Below are positions 18,233-26,379 of a DNA stretch of 28,304 bases, one piece after another. Origin of the DNA: a virus (Duplodnaviria; Caudoviricetes). Both the position numbers and the translations under genes were made by a program. Under the pieces are notes generated by a model. The model was given only the letters and a program-made list of their open reading frames with translations, was not told where the DNA came from and searched no databases. The stretch is from positions 1-28,304 of the IMG/VR virus record IMGVR_UViG_3300008266_001072; one strand, given 5' to 3'. Numbering within the stretch: the first letter of the stretch is position 1; each line of letters begins with the position of its first letter.

Positions 18233-19470
18233 GCCAGCGGCTCCTCGATGAGGGCAAAGTCGTCGGCCGTAGCCGCGACGGTGAGAGCGGGGCGTTTGTC
18301 GGAGGCCGGGGCCACCGAGGGTTTGCCCTGGCTCTGCGCGTATTGCTCCTGCAGCTTCTTCCACTGGCGAGGGCCAATGGTGCCTGCCTTGGCGAGCTTC
18401 TCGGCCGTGGTGGGGGAGATGAGTTTCAGCTCGAACATCTCCTCGACCTTGAGCCGCATGGAGCGCAGCTGCAGCTCTGCCTCTTCGGGGTTGATCCACT
18501 TCCTGTGGCCGCGTTTGCCTTCGACCAGCTTGAAGCCCGGCACCTCGACACCCGCGACGAGGCGGCGCTCGGTCTCGGCGCGGACGGCGAGGCAGAACAT
18601 CTCCATCAGGTCGACCTTGGCCAGCGCCTCCGCGAGCACGTCGCCCGGCACTTCGGCCAGGGCGGCGGGTAGGGTCTCGGTGGTCAGGTCGACGAAGTCG
18701 TCGGCGCTGGCGGCGGTGGTCACCACGGCGGTGGTCTCGGCGGCCAGCGCCGGGCAGACGGCCTTGGCCTTGCACCACTGGCACTGGCTCGCGCCCGGGT
18801 TCAGCTCGGGCTTGCGGCCACCGTTGAGCTGGTAGACGGCATGTGCTGCTCCGATCCGCGCCTCGGAGGCGAACTCGAGCAGGTCTTCGACGTTGATCTC
18901 GTAGGTGCTCGGCTCCATCGAGACCTTGGGCTGGTAGATCGTCAGCACCACGCGCTTGATGTCGTAGGCCAGCGAGGCCAGGTCCAGAGCGCCCAGGCCG
19001 TAGAGCATGAGCTGTTTGTTGTCCTCGGCGGCGACGTAGTTGCGGCCGTATTTGAGGTCGATGACGTGGAGGGTGGTGCCGACGATCACGATGGTGTCGG
19101 CTGTGCCGTAGGCGTCGGGCTGGGCGAGGATGGGGGACAGGTCGACGACCTGCTCCACCATCAGCTCGCCGCCCAGGCCACGGACGTAGTCGCAGTAGCC
19201 CTGGACGCCGAGGACCATGTCCTCGTCGACCTCGAACTTGCGCCCGCTCTCCTCGATCTCGATCAGCCGACCGGCGTAGGCAGAGGCGTCCTGGCCAGAG
19301 GTCAGGCACCATTCCATCAGCTGGTGGGCGGCGGTGCCCTCGTCGGCGTAGACAGAGGAGGTGTCGGGGAAGGGCTCTTCCATCTTGAGGGAGCCGGGGC
19401 AGGCCATCCAGCGGTGAGCGCCGGACGGCGACAGGCGGGCGTGGGCCTTGCTGGCGGTGGTGTCGTTCAT
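18229..19470 (-). CDS. DUF2800 Cas4-like/PD-(D/E)XK exonuclease
   Basis: [61 protein letters not shown]. Confidence 0.93.
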   Translation of the reverse strand: MNDTTASKAHARLSPSGAHRWMACPGSLKMEEPFPDTSSVYADEGTAAHQLMEWCLTSGQDASAYAGRLIEIEESGRKFEVDEDMVLGVQGYCDYVRGLGGELMVEQVVDLSPILAQPDAYGTADTIVIVGTTLHVIDLKYGRNYVAAEDNKQLMLYGLGALDLASLAYDIKRVVLTIYQPKVSMEPSTYEINVEDLLEFASEARIGAAHAVYQLNGGRKPELNPGASQCQWCKAKAVCPALAAETTAVVTTAASADDFVDLTTETLPAALAEVPGDVLAEALAKVDLMEMFCLAVRAETERRLVAGVEVPGFKLVEGKRGHRKWINPEEAELQLRSMRLKVEEMFELKLISPTTAEKLAKAGTIGPRQWKKLQEQYAQSQGKPSVAPASDKRPALTVAATADDFALIEEPLA

Positions 19471-19691
19471 GTTTCGATGTCTCCTCTTTGCGCTTTCATA
19501 ACCAGCAATCTGCGCAGCACGCGCTTGCGCTCGCCCCGGGTGAGCAGAAGGTCCGCCTCCCCCACCCGCACCGCCTTGACGTTGCGGGGGAGGGAGGGGT
19601 CTCGTTTGGCGGGCTGGGGCACGCCCGGCACCACCAGGTCAGCGCCGAAGATCAGCGCGCCGCCCGAAGGGCTGGACATGCCCCTACGCAT
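19467..19691 (-). CDS. Hypothetical protein, 74 aa
   Basis: TGATG coupling at 19691 and ATGA coupling at 19470 fill the operon exactly. Confidence 0.6.
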   Translation of the reverse strand: MRRGMSSPSGGALIFGADLVVPGVPQPAKRDPSLPRNVKAVRVGEADLLLTRGERKRVLRRLLVMKAQRGDIET

Positions 19692-20083
19692 CAGCCCAGC
19701 ACCTCGGCGGCACGAGCCAGGAAGGGGCCCCACTGTTCCTCGGTCAGATCGCCACCGACCTTGGCGTCGAACTCACCGAGCAGCTCGACGGCGGCGGCGC
19801 GGCCCTTCTCCTGGGAGACCTTCAGCACTGCGGCCTTGACCTGGGTGTAGTCGACCGCGGGGGCCCCCAGCTCGCTCGGCACGGCCTCGTCGACCGGCGG
19901 CTTGCCTTTGAGGATGGCCTTCACCTGGGCCTCGACCGGGGTGGCCTCCACCAGAGCCTTCACGGCAGGCTTGACGATGTCGCGCTTCAGCTCTTGGTTG
20001 ACCGAGCGGATCGACATGGCGGCGGCCAGGTTGTTGATGGCCTCGGCCAGCTCGGGGCATTTGATGTCGAGAGTGATGTTCAC
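19691..20083 (-). CDS. Conserved phage protein of the kind usually found upstream of DUF2800, 130 aa
   Basis: MNITLDI..ELAEAINNLA, an Ala/Pro linker, then V..AVLKVSQEKGRAAAVELLGEF.A..L.EEQW. Operon-coupled. Confidence 0.75.
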   Translation of the reverse strand: MNITLDIKCPELAEAINNLAAAMSIRSVNQELKRDIVKPAVKALVEATPVEAQVKAILKGKPPVDEAVPSELGAPAVDYTQVKAAVLKVSQEKGRAAAVELLGEFDAKVGGDLTEEQWGPFLARAAEVLG

Positions 20084-20277
20084 AGCATGGTTTCCTTTTC
20101 AAAGTCGTTGTAGACGTTCTGGGGTTGCTCGTCGGCGTCGAAGGGATAGACGTCGTCGAGGCGCTCGGCCAGTTCGAGGATGAGGTCGCCGTCAGGCTTC
20201 ATCAAGTTGAGGTGGGCGAGACGGGCGAACTCGATCAGCCCGCGCGTCGTCATGCCCTTGAGCTGAACGCGGGTCAT
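20080..20277 (-). CDS. Hypothetical protein, 65 aa
   Basis: Start re-called at ATG 20277 (MTRVQLKGMTT..). Coupled overlaps at both ends; GC3-rich. Confidence 0.65.
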   Translation of the reverse strand: MTRVQLKGMTTRGLIEFARLAHLNLMKPDGDLILELAERLDDVYPFDADEQPQNVYNDFEKETML

Positions 20278-20462
20278 GCGAGCCACCAGACGGCCAGGGC
20301 GACCTCGAGGCACACGCCCGCCACCAGGATGGCGAAGAGGACGCCCGAGAAGAGTTCGGTGCTCAAGTTCCTGTCGGAGGCGAAGCGATACCACTCGCCC
20401 ATAGACAGGAGGTTGGCCAGGAAGACCACGAGCATGGCCAGCGTGAAGAGAGCGTCGCGCAT
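20274..20462 (-). CDS. Small 2-TM membrane protein, 62 aa
   Basis: Start re-called at ATG 20462 (MRDALFTLAMLVVFLANLL..). TGATG coupling; two hydrophobic segments. Confidence 0.65.
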   Translation of the reverse strand: MRDALFTLAMLVVFLANLLSMGEWYRFASDRNLSTELFSGVLFAILVAGVCLEVALAVWWLA

Positions 20463-20806
20463 CAGAGCATGTCCCCTTCTGCGTTGATGAAGTGGACCAC
20501 GCCACCGGCCAGCTGGATCATGACGCAGGCCTGGCGGGCCCGACGGCAGGCTTCGGCCGCGATCTGCACCAGCACCCGACCGTCGCCAGCGCCGGTGGTC
20601 ATGGCGATCTCGTACTTCAGGCTGTCGTCGTTGACGATCTCGCCGTCCCCGTTGCGCCAAGCGCCGGTCACGAGGGTCTGGGTGTAGCCGCCGAAGTTGT
20701 CGAGGATATCCCCGCGCAGGGCGGCGTGGGTTTCGGTGAGGCGGTTGCCGTCGTTGTCCCGCAGCGGCAGGATCAGGAAGGCAATGCGCTTGGAGAAGTC
20801 GGTCAT
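20462..20806 (-). CDS. Candidate SAM lyase (SAMase)/DUF3574-like protein, 114 aa
   Basis: FGGYTQTLVTGAW..EIVNDDSLKYEI..LVQIAAEACRRARQACVMI resembles the G.T..G.W/Y..E..A..ACxxxxQxCV pattern of T3-type SAM lyases. AAGGA RBS. Confidence 0.55.
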   Translation of the reverse strand: MTDFSKRIAFLILPLRDNDGNRLTETHAALRGDILDNFGGYTQTLVTGAWRNGDGEIVNDDSLKYEIAMTTGAGDGRVLVQIAAEACRRARQACVMIQLAGGVVHFINAEGDML

Positions 20807-20817
20807 GGTCTCTGTCC

Positions 20818-20985
20818 TTATTGGGTGCAGATGCCCGCGGAGATCAGGCTGGCTGCGGTTCGGCCGTAGTGGCCCTGGAGGGACCAGGCGGCCCCTGTGT
20901 CGATCAGGTTCTGGAAGAAGTCAACCATCTGGTCCTCTTCCATCTCGCCTTGCTCGTAGGAGATGATGTCGTCGATGCTGGGCAT
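20818..20985 (-). CDS. Conserved small phage protein, 55 aa (MPSIDDIISYEQGEMEEDQMVDFFQNLIDTGAAWSLQGHYGRTAASLISAGICTQ)
   Basis: Not in the ORF track; translated by hand. TGATG coupling at 20985, and the FQxLIDxGxAWxLQGHYGRxA motif is a recurrent phage pattern. Confidence 0.75.
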   Translation of the reverse strand: MPSIDDIISYEQGEMEEDQMVDFFQNLIDTGAAWSLQGHYGRTAASLISAGICTQ

Positions 20986-21194
20986 CAGCCGAACTCCACG
21001 GGGTTCAGCTCGGCACCTGCGGCGGCGCGCTGGTAGCCCAAGAGGACCAGCAGGCGGTCGAGGCCGCGGCCGCGAATATACCCGCCCTCCCAGCCCTTCG
21101 GGCCGTTGAAAGTGTAGCGGACTTCGTACAGCCCGTTGTCGAGGTTGCGGGCCGGGAACTCGCGCCCCTCAAACGTGACGGTGGTGGTAGCCAT
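20985..21194 (-). CDS. Hypothetical early protein, 69 aa
   Basis: First gene after the leftward promoter; AGAAGGACAAGAGAC-ATG leader. Confidence 0.7.
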   Translation of the reverse strand: MATTTVTFEGREFPARNLDNGLYEVRYTFNGPKGWEGGYIRGRGLDRLLVLLGYQRAAAGAELNPVEFG

Positions 21195-21239
21195 GTCTCT
21201 TGTCCTTCTGCCGCAGCGGCTTGTCCCGGCTGCCCACCC

Positions 21240-21268
21240 TCTCTAGGCCTGTCCGAAATAGGTGTCAA
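21240..21268 (-). promoter_or_regulatory. Leftward sigma70-type promoter TTGACA-N17-TAGAGA
   Basis: Perfect -35 (21268-21263), 17-nt spacer, -10-like TAGAGA (21245-21240), at the head of the minus-strand arm. Confidence 0.7.
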
Positions 21269-21305
21269 GCGTTTGGTTGTGAAAAATATGCATGTGAGAA
21301 AATGC

Positions 21306-21334
21306 TTGTACAACGCCTGGGCCGGGTATAGAGA
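21306..21334 (+). promoter_or_regulatory. Rightward sigma70-type promoter TTGTAC-N17-TAGAGA
   Basis: Mirror image of the leftward promoter, at the head of the plus-strand early genes. Confidence 0.6.
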
Positions 21335-21377
21335 GAGAGCCCGTCGGGACAAGCCGACACCGAAAAGGACTGAGACA

Positions 21378-21575
21378 ATGATCGACATGCAAGACCCCCG
21401 TGACCACCGCCGCGTCGCGGCCATGATGACTGACCACGGTTCATCGCGCGGCTGGGACTTCCGCCCCTCCGACGAGCCTCCGATGTGGCTCCGCGCCGTG
21501 GCCGAGGTTCTTCGTCCTCGCAGCCTCATCATTCTGGCCGTGCTGGCCGGGGTTATCAGCTTGTGGTGGTTGTGA
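21378..21575 (+). CDS. Hypothetical early protein with C-terminal TM, 65 aa
   Basis: Start re-called at ATG 21378 after AAGGACTGAGAC; hydrophobic tail LIILAVLAGVISLWWL. Confidence 0.7.
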   Translation: MIDMQDPRDHRRVAAMMTDHGSSRGWDFRPSDEPPMWLRAVAEVLRPRSLIILAVLAGVISLWWL

Positions 21576-21877
21576 TGGGGGCGACGCATACGCCGGGGCC
21601 TTGGGAGTTTGGGCCGGGATACAAGCCGGGCGACACTAGGTTTGATTTGTTCGCCCCCGGCGGCAGGCAAGTCATCGCACAAGCCAGCTACGAGAATATG
21701 TGGTTGGCCACCTATGACGCCGCGACCGATGCCGCCAACGCCCGCCTTATTGCCTCCGCCCCTGATCTTTTGGAGGCCTGCCGAGCGGGCCTTTATGTCG
21801 CTGAGGCTGAGGGGGCAAACGCGACGGCGGCTCTCATCCGCGCCGCCATCGCCAAAGCCACAGGAGAAGCATCATGA
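21575..21877 (+). CDS. Conserved phage protein (HTPGPW...ANARLIASAPDLLEA family), 100 aa
   Basis: Start re-called at ATG 21575 (TGATG coupling). Hallmark HTPGPW and ANARLIASAPDLLEAC..RAAIAKATG motifs. Confidence 0.8.
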   Translation: MGATHTPGPWEFGPGYKPGDTRFDLFAPGGRQVIAQASYENMWLATYDAATDAANARLIASAPDLLEACRAGLYVAEAEGANATAALIRAAIAKATGEAS

Positions 21878-22173
21878 CCGAACTCCCCGACGATATGGAG
21901 GCGGTTGTCAGCGCACGGCTTGTTGAAGTTGACGCTCACGGCGGCACTACGCCATTTCGCAATGCCTATTTTCGCGTTGATGTGATCCGCGCCCTCCTGC
22001 TCGCATACCAAGAGCGGGGGCGGGCTTTGGAGGCATTGATGGACGCCGAGTTCGCGCGCGACTGGCGAACATGGTCTGACGAACGGGCACGGCTGCTTCT
22101 TGGTGTCGGGCCGCGCTACGACGCCTTTATGACCGCCCGCACCACCCTCAGCCAGAAAGGTGATGAACGATGA
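21874..22173 (+). CDS. Hypothetical protein, 99 aa
   Basis: ATGA coupling at both ends; GGAG RBS; paralogous to the C-terminal half of the next ORF. Confidence 0.7.
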   Translation: MTELPDDMEAVVSARLVEVDAHGGTTPFRNAYFRVDVIRALLLAYQERGRALEALMDAEFARDWRTWSDERARLLLGVGPRYDAFMTARTTLSQKGDER

Positions 22174-22823
22174 GCGAGAGAGATCACCCGGTATCGGCGC
22201 TCCGAACACACGTCCCCGATTTGGAGCGATTGGCTTACAACCAAAAGCCAAAGACGCGCGACTGGACATACCTTCGCCTGCTTCAATACGATGAAACCGA
22301 CCTGTTCCAGTGGTTTGGAAAACGAAACGGCTCCTGTTTTGAGGACCAAGCGTCCGAACCGTTTCGCATCCCCGCCCGCCGCACCCCTGCACCAGAGGGG
22401 GAGGCTTGGCGGCACGTCTCGCAAGAGGAAATGGCGCAGGCTGCAAAGTTCGCATCCAACAACCTCGCATCCCCTGTCGTTCCTGTGATGAGAGCCGCTC
22501 TCCGGCAACGCTACGAACTCCCCACTGATATGGGGGCGGTTGTAGCGCGGCTTGAGGTGTCGGCAAGCGACCCTGCTCCGTGGCCGGACCTCCGCGCCCT
22601 CCTGAAAGCATACCAAGAGCAGCGCCGGGCTTTGCGAGAGGCGGCGGAGTATCTGTGCCGCCTTGAGGGCGCGCTCTTGGCTGACGACCTCGATATGCGC
22701 CTGAACTTCCCCGACGAGCCGTCTCCGACCGCGATGGCTGAACGCATCCTGCCGGGCTTTGACAGCATTGAATACGACCTCGCCCGAGCCGCCCTCAACC
22801 AGAAAGGCAAGAGCCATGACTGA
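22170..22823 (+). CDS. Hypothetical mosaic protein, 217 aa
   Basis: ATGA coupling. Shares RTPAPEGEAWR with the Lar ORF and ELPxDMxAVV/RALLxAYQE with the previous ORF. Confidence 0.65.
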   Translation: MSERDHPVSALRTHVPDLERLAYNQKPKTRDWTYLRLLQYDETDLFQWFGKRNGSCFEDQASEPFRIPARRTPAPEGEAWRHVSQEEMAQAAKFASNNLASPVVPVMRAALRQRYELPTDMGAVVARLEVSASDPAPWPDLRALLKAYQEQRRALREAAEYLCRLEGALLADDLDMRLNFPDEPSPTAMAERILPGFDSIEYDLARAALNQKGKSHD

Positions 22824-22995
22824 GAAACTGAAGGCTTGTCCGTTCTGCGGGGGTGAGGCCCGCACCTTTGAATACGACGGGGCCAATCAGGCGACCTGCG
22901 GAGGAAAACACATTGACTGCGCGGGAACTGACGTTGTGGCCCCTGTCGCTATGTGGAACCACCGCACCCCTGCACCAGAGGGGGAGGCTTGGCGG
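22379..22995 (+). repeat. 34-bp exact direct repeat (22379-22412 and 22962-22995)
   Basis: CCGCACCCCTGCACCAGAGGGGGAGGCTTGGCGG occurs twice and encodes RTPAPEGEAWR in both ORFs. Confidence 0.9.
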
Positions 22996-23265
22996 ACTGT
23001 TCCGGTAGAGCCGACAAAGGCGATGCAGAACGAAGGCGTGAACGCTGCGTCCGATCATTTTGGATGGGCCGATGAAGGGCAGATCAAAACCATCCTGGCC
23101 GGAGGATGGTTGCGCGAGGCGGGCGCTTATGGCGGTCGCGTAACAGCGACTTTGGATGCGGCCAACAAAACCCAAGCCGCCCTTACAGGAGAAGACGCAC
23201 CCGGTTTACCGACAAGCCAGAACACTGAGCCAGGCTTGCCGTTTTCCGACGCGGGCGAACCCTAA
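22816..23265 (+). CDS. Lar-family restriction alleviation protein with C-terminal extension, 149 aa
   Basis: Start re-called at ATG 22816. MTEKLKACPFCGGEA..C.....C..WNHR is the Lar-type zinc-finger pattern, followed by VPVEPTKAM. Confidence 0.75.
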   Translation: MTEKLKACPFCGGEARTFEYDGANQATCGGKHIDCAGTDVVAPVAMWNHRTPAPEGEAWRTVPVEPTKAMQNEGVNAASDHFGWADEGQIKTILAGGWLREAGAYGGRVTATLDAANKTQAALTGEDAPGLPTSQNTEPGLPFSDAGEP

Positions 23266-23306
23266 ACGCAAAAGGCCCGCCGCCCCGGTGAAGGGACGAC
23301 GGGCCT
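23264..23306 (-). terminator. Intrinsic terminator on the minus strand
   Basis: Minus-strand AGGCCCGTCGTCCC-TTCACC-GGGGCGGCGGGCCT forms 14 bp with two G-U pairs and is followed by TTTGCGTTT. Confidence 0.6.
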
Positions 23307-23421
23307 GATGCAATAAAAATACGCAAAAAGTGCTTAGGGGTATTGCGTAACATCTGCCTATGTGCGAGAACCAGTCATCGGCGCAGGGCAATCAAGCACT
23401 AGCCGGAACGGAACCACACAG

Positions 23422-23655
23422 ATGACCACCACCTATCGCACCGACTGGATGGACCACGACGACGCGGTTCAAGTTCAGCACTATCCGCTCCACATGGGCG
23501 ACAAGGGCCAATTGACCGCAGCGCGCCTGACCGCTCGTCAAATGAGCAAGCGCCACGGGGGGGCTTACGTCATAAAAACGGTGGATGGGCAAGACGTGGC
23601 CCAGCTCTGCTACACGAATGGTCGCGCTTGCCCTCATGGATGGGACGCCGGATGA
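23422..23655 (+). CDS. Hypothetical protein, 77 aa
   Basis: Start re-called at ATG 23422 (MTTTYRTDW..). Follows an AT-rich promoter-like gap; ATGA coupling downstream. Confidence 0.6.
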   Translation: MTTTYRTDWMDHDDAVQVQHYPLHMGDKGQLTAARLTARQMSKRHGGAYVIKTVDGQDVAQLCYTNGRACPHGWDAG

Positions 23656-23747
23656 CTGTCGAGTTTGCCGCCGTGGCCGCTGGTGTGATAGCGACCTTGG
23701 TGGCGGTCGTGTTGCTCACCGTGCTATTTTATGAGCCAAACAAATGA
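23652..23747 (+). CDS. Small single-TM peptide, 31 aa (MTVEFAAVAAGVIATLVAVVLLTVLFYEPNK)
   Basis: Not in the ORF track; ATGA overlaps at both ends. Confidence 0.5.
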   Translation: MTVEFAAVAAGVIATLVAVVLLTVLFYEPNK

Positions 23748-23941
23748 CCCCCGCTGAATACCGCACCGCTCTCGCAACCCTCGGCCTGTCGCAACTCGCG
23801 GCGGGCCGGTGGCTTATGGTCAGCCCGAAGACCGCACAGAACTACGCCACGGTCGGCCCCAGCGGTCCTGCGGCACGGGCCATGCGGATGCTGCTGGATA
23901 TGAACGAGGCCGACCGGGCGAAGGCTCTGGCGGCGGAATAG
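23744..23941 (+). CDS. Small XRE-type HTH protein, 65 aa
   Basis: MTPAEYRTALATLGLSQLAAGRWLMVSPKTAQNY helix-turn-helix pattern. Confidence 0.75.
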   Translation: MTPAEYRTALATLGLSQLAAGRWLMVSPKTAQNYATVGPSGPAARAMRMLLDMNEADRAKALAAE

Positions 23942-23945
23942 GACA

Positions 23946-24170
23946 ATGACACAACGATCTACCCCCTCCGTGCGAGAGCACATCGCCCAGGCCATCACCC
24001 TGGCCGGTGGTCAGGTGAAGCTGGCGGCCCTCCTCGGCGTCACGCAGCAGGCCGTCAGCGGCTGGCTAAATGGTGCCCGCTGGATGCCCGTGCGCCGCGC
24101 CCAGGCCATCCACGAGCGGCTCGGCGTGCCCGCCGCGAACCTGGTCAACCCAGAGAAGGTGCTGGGATAG
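23946..24170 (+). CDS. Cro-like (YdaS-type) HTH regulator, 74 aa
   Basis: AITLAGGQVKLAALLGVTQQAVSGWL..P..RA..I; AGGA RBS; immediately upstream of the primase as in related phages. Confidence 0.85.
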   Translation: MTQRSTPSVREHIAQAITLAGGQVKLAALLGVTQQAVSGWLNGARWMPVRRAQAIHERLGVPAANLVNPEKVLG

Positions 24171-24171
24171 C

Positions 24172-26376
24172 ATGACCACCGAGAAGGACAACCTCATCGC
24201 GGCTCTCGAGCCGCTGACATCTCGCGCTCGCACCGACGTGACCGCCATCAAGGCCGCGACCGGCATGGCCTGGACCCGCGAGCCCCTGACCGAGGCGCGG
24301 CTGAAGCGCCACCTCGACGGCACGATGCCCCGCGGCGTCTGCCCCATCAAGGCGGGCGAGAGCACGACCAGGATCGCCCTGTTCGATCTGGACAGCCACA
24401 AGGGGGTGACCTCTTGGGCAGAGATGGTGGCTGTGGCCGAGAACCTGTGCAACAGCCTCGGCTGGTCTGGCCTGCAGCCGGTGCCCTTCCGCTCGACGGG
24501 CGGCAACGGCATCCACGTTTTCCTGATCTGGGATGAGCCGCAGGACGCCTACTCGGTGCGCCAGCTCTGCAAGGCTGCGCTGATTGAGATCGGCTTCAAG
24601 GACGGAGCCAAGGGTGTCGCTGCTGGCGAGATCGAGGTCTTCCCCAAGCAGAACAGCGTGCCAGAGCACGGCTTCGGCAACCAGTTCATCCTGCCCCTGG
24701 CTGGCAAGTCCGCACCGCTCGAGCCGCTGTGCGACTATGAGGTGATGGAGCGCGAGTACGCGCTGCAGCTGGCGTGGACGCCGTCGGCCCCTGTGCCGGT
24801 GGTGGAGCGGCCCGTGCGCGAGCTGGCCCTGGGGGATACGCAGGTCCAGCCCTCACAACTGCGCGACGCCCTGGCCGCCATCCCCAACGACACCAGCCCC
24901 CTCGGCTATGACGAGTGGCGCGACGTCATCTCGGGCGTCCACCACGCCACGGGCGGGAGCGATGAGGGCTACCAACTGGCCCATGAGTTCTCGGCCCGCG
25001 CTCCGCACTTCGACGAGGACGAGCTGGCCATCAAGGTCTGGGCCTGGCTCGACCAGAAGGGCGAGACCGCCAACCCCATCACCGAGCGCACGATCTTCGC
25101 CAAGGCGCGTGAGCACGGCTGGCAGGACGCCGCCTCGGTCGATGACTTCGAGGACTTGACGCCGGTGGTGATCGACGGTGAGCAGGTCGACCTGCCCCTT
25201 CCCGCCTTCATCCGCGACGGCAAGGGCAGGATCGAGGCGCTGATCGAGAACGTCCGCCCTGCCCTCCTGCGCCCCGACGTCTGCGGCATGGACATCCGCC
25301 TCGACGCCTTCCGCGGGGAGCTGGTCTACGCAGACGTCGAGCACCCGGGCAAGTGGCTCGCCTTCAAGGACCACCACTACACAGAGCTGCGCCTCACCCT
25401 CGCCGCCCTTGGCTTCAAGCCCGTGGGCCGCGAGATGATCCGCGACGTCGTGCTCTATGTGGCAGAGCACCAGAGCGTCGACACCGCCCAGGTCTGGCTC
25501 GAGGGCCTGACGTGGGACGGGGTGAAGCGGGTCGATGGTTTCTACCAGACGTACTTCGGCGTCGAGGCCTCGGCCTACACCACCGCCGCCTCGCGCTATA
25601 TCTGGACGGCGATGGCCGGTCGCGTCATGACCCCTGGCTGTCAGGCGGACATGGTCCCGATCCTCACTGGCGCTCAGGGGCAGGGCAAGACCCGCGGCGT
25701 TCGGGCTATGGTGCCGGAGGACACCTTCCGTGAGCTTTCCTTCCACCAGGACGAGGACGCCCGTGCTCGACTGATGCGCGGCGCGCTGATGGTGGAGCTG
25801 GGAGAGCTGTCGGGCCTGCGGTCTCGCGAGATCGAGACCATCAAGGCGTGGATCACCCGCTCGAAGGAGGACTGGGTGCCCAAGTACCAGGAGTACGCCG
25901 TCACCCTCCAGCGGCGCTGTGTGATCCAGGGCACCTCCAACCCGACCGACCTTCTCGACGACCCTACGGGCGCGCGGCGCTGGTTGCCGATGGCCTGCGG
26001 CGAGGTGGACGTCGAGGGCATCGCCAGGGACAGGGACCAACTCTGGGCAGAGGCCCGGGTGATGCACGCGGCCGGTGGTGTCGAATGGCGCGAAGCGCAG
26101 GCCTTGGCCGAGGGTGTGCATGATGACTACAGGGTCACCGACACCTGGGAAGACGCCATCGAAAAGTGGCTCGAGACCCCCGACCTGGACGGCACCTTGC
26201 CGGGCGCGGAGGGCTTCAGCACACATGATGTGCTGACGCAGGCCCTCTGTTTTCGCGAACATGCAGTAAAACGCGCGGACGAGATGCGGGTCGCGAAGGT
26301 GCTCAAGGCTCTCGGTTTCCGCAATAAAGTGCAGAAAGACGGGGGCAAGGCGGTTCGGCGGTGGTCGCGGGGGTAA
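24172..26376 (+). CDS. Primase-helicase (primase + PriCT-2 + VapE/virulence-associated E ATPase), 734 aa
   Basis: Start re-called at ATG 24172. FDLDSH and RSTGGNGIH (AEP-type primase), IEVFPKQ, YDEWRDV (PriCT-2), WDGVKRVD, GAQGQGKT Walker A, VELGEL, GTSN, DPTGARRW. Confidence 0.92.
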   Translation: MTTEKDNLIAALEPLTSRARTDVTAIKAATGMAWTREPLTEARLKRHLDGTMPRGVCPIKAGESTTRIALFDLDSHKGVTSWAEMVAVAENLCNSLGWSGLQPVPFRSTGGNGIHVFLIWDEPQDAYSVRQLCKAALIEIGFKDGAKGVAAGEIEVFPKQNSVPEHGFGNQFILPLAGKSAPLEPLCDYEVMEREYALQLAWTPSAPVPVVERPVRELALGDTQVQPSQLRDALAAIPNDTSPLGYDEWRDVISGVHHATGGSDEGYQLAHEFSARAPHFDEDELAIKVWAWLDQKGETANPITERTIFAKAREHGWQDAASVDDFEDLTPVVIDGEQVDLPLPAFIRDGKGRIEALIENVRPALLRPDVCGMDIRLDAFRGELVYADVEHPGKWLAFKDHHYTELRLTLAALGFKPVGREMIRDVVLYVAEHQSVDTAQVWLEGLTWDGVKRVDGFYQTYFGVEASAYTTAASRYIWTAMAGRVMTPGCQADMVPILTGAQGQGKTRGVRAMVPEDTFRELSFHQDEDARARLMRGALMVELGELSGLRSREIETIKAWITRSKEDWVPKYQEYAVTLQRRCVIQGTSNPTDLLDDPTGARRWLPMACGEVDVEGIARDRDQLWAEARVMHAAGGVEWREAQALAEGVHDDYRVTDTWEDAIEKWLETPDLDGTLPGAEGFSTHDVLTQALCFREHAVKRADEMRVAKVLKALGFRNKVQKDGGKAVRRWSRG

Positions 26377-26379
26377 AAC

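Noticed and set aside
18233-19312. Long upstream part of the 391-aa ORF 18137..19312
   Set aside because: Off-frame overlap with DUF2800; only the last 31 codons from GTG 18232 look like a real gene.
18229-19470. Cas4-like nuclease as a sign of a CRISPR system
   Set aside because: DUF2800 is a standard replication/recombination gene in this phage group; no other cas genes or repeat-spacer array are present.
24853-26262. 469-aa minus-strand ORF opposite the primase
   Set aside because: Antisense shadow of a conserved gene.
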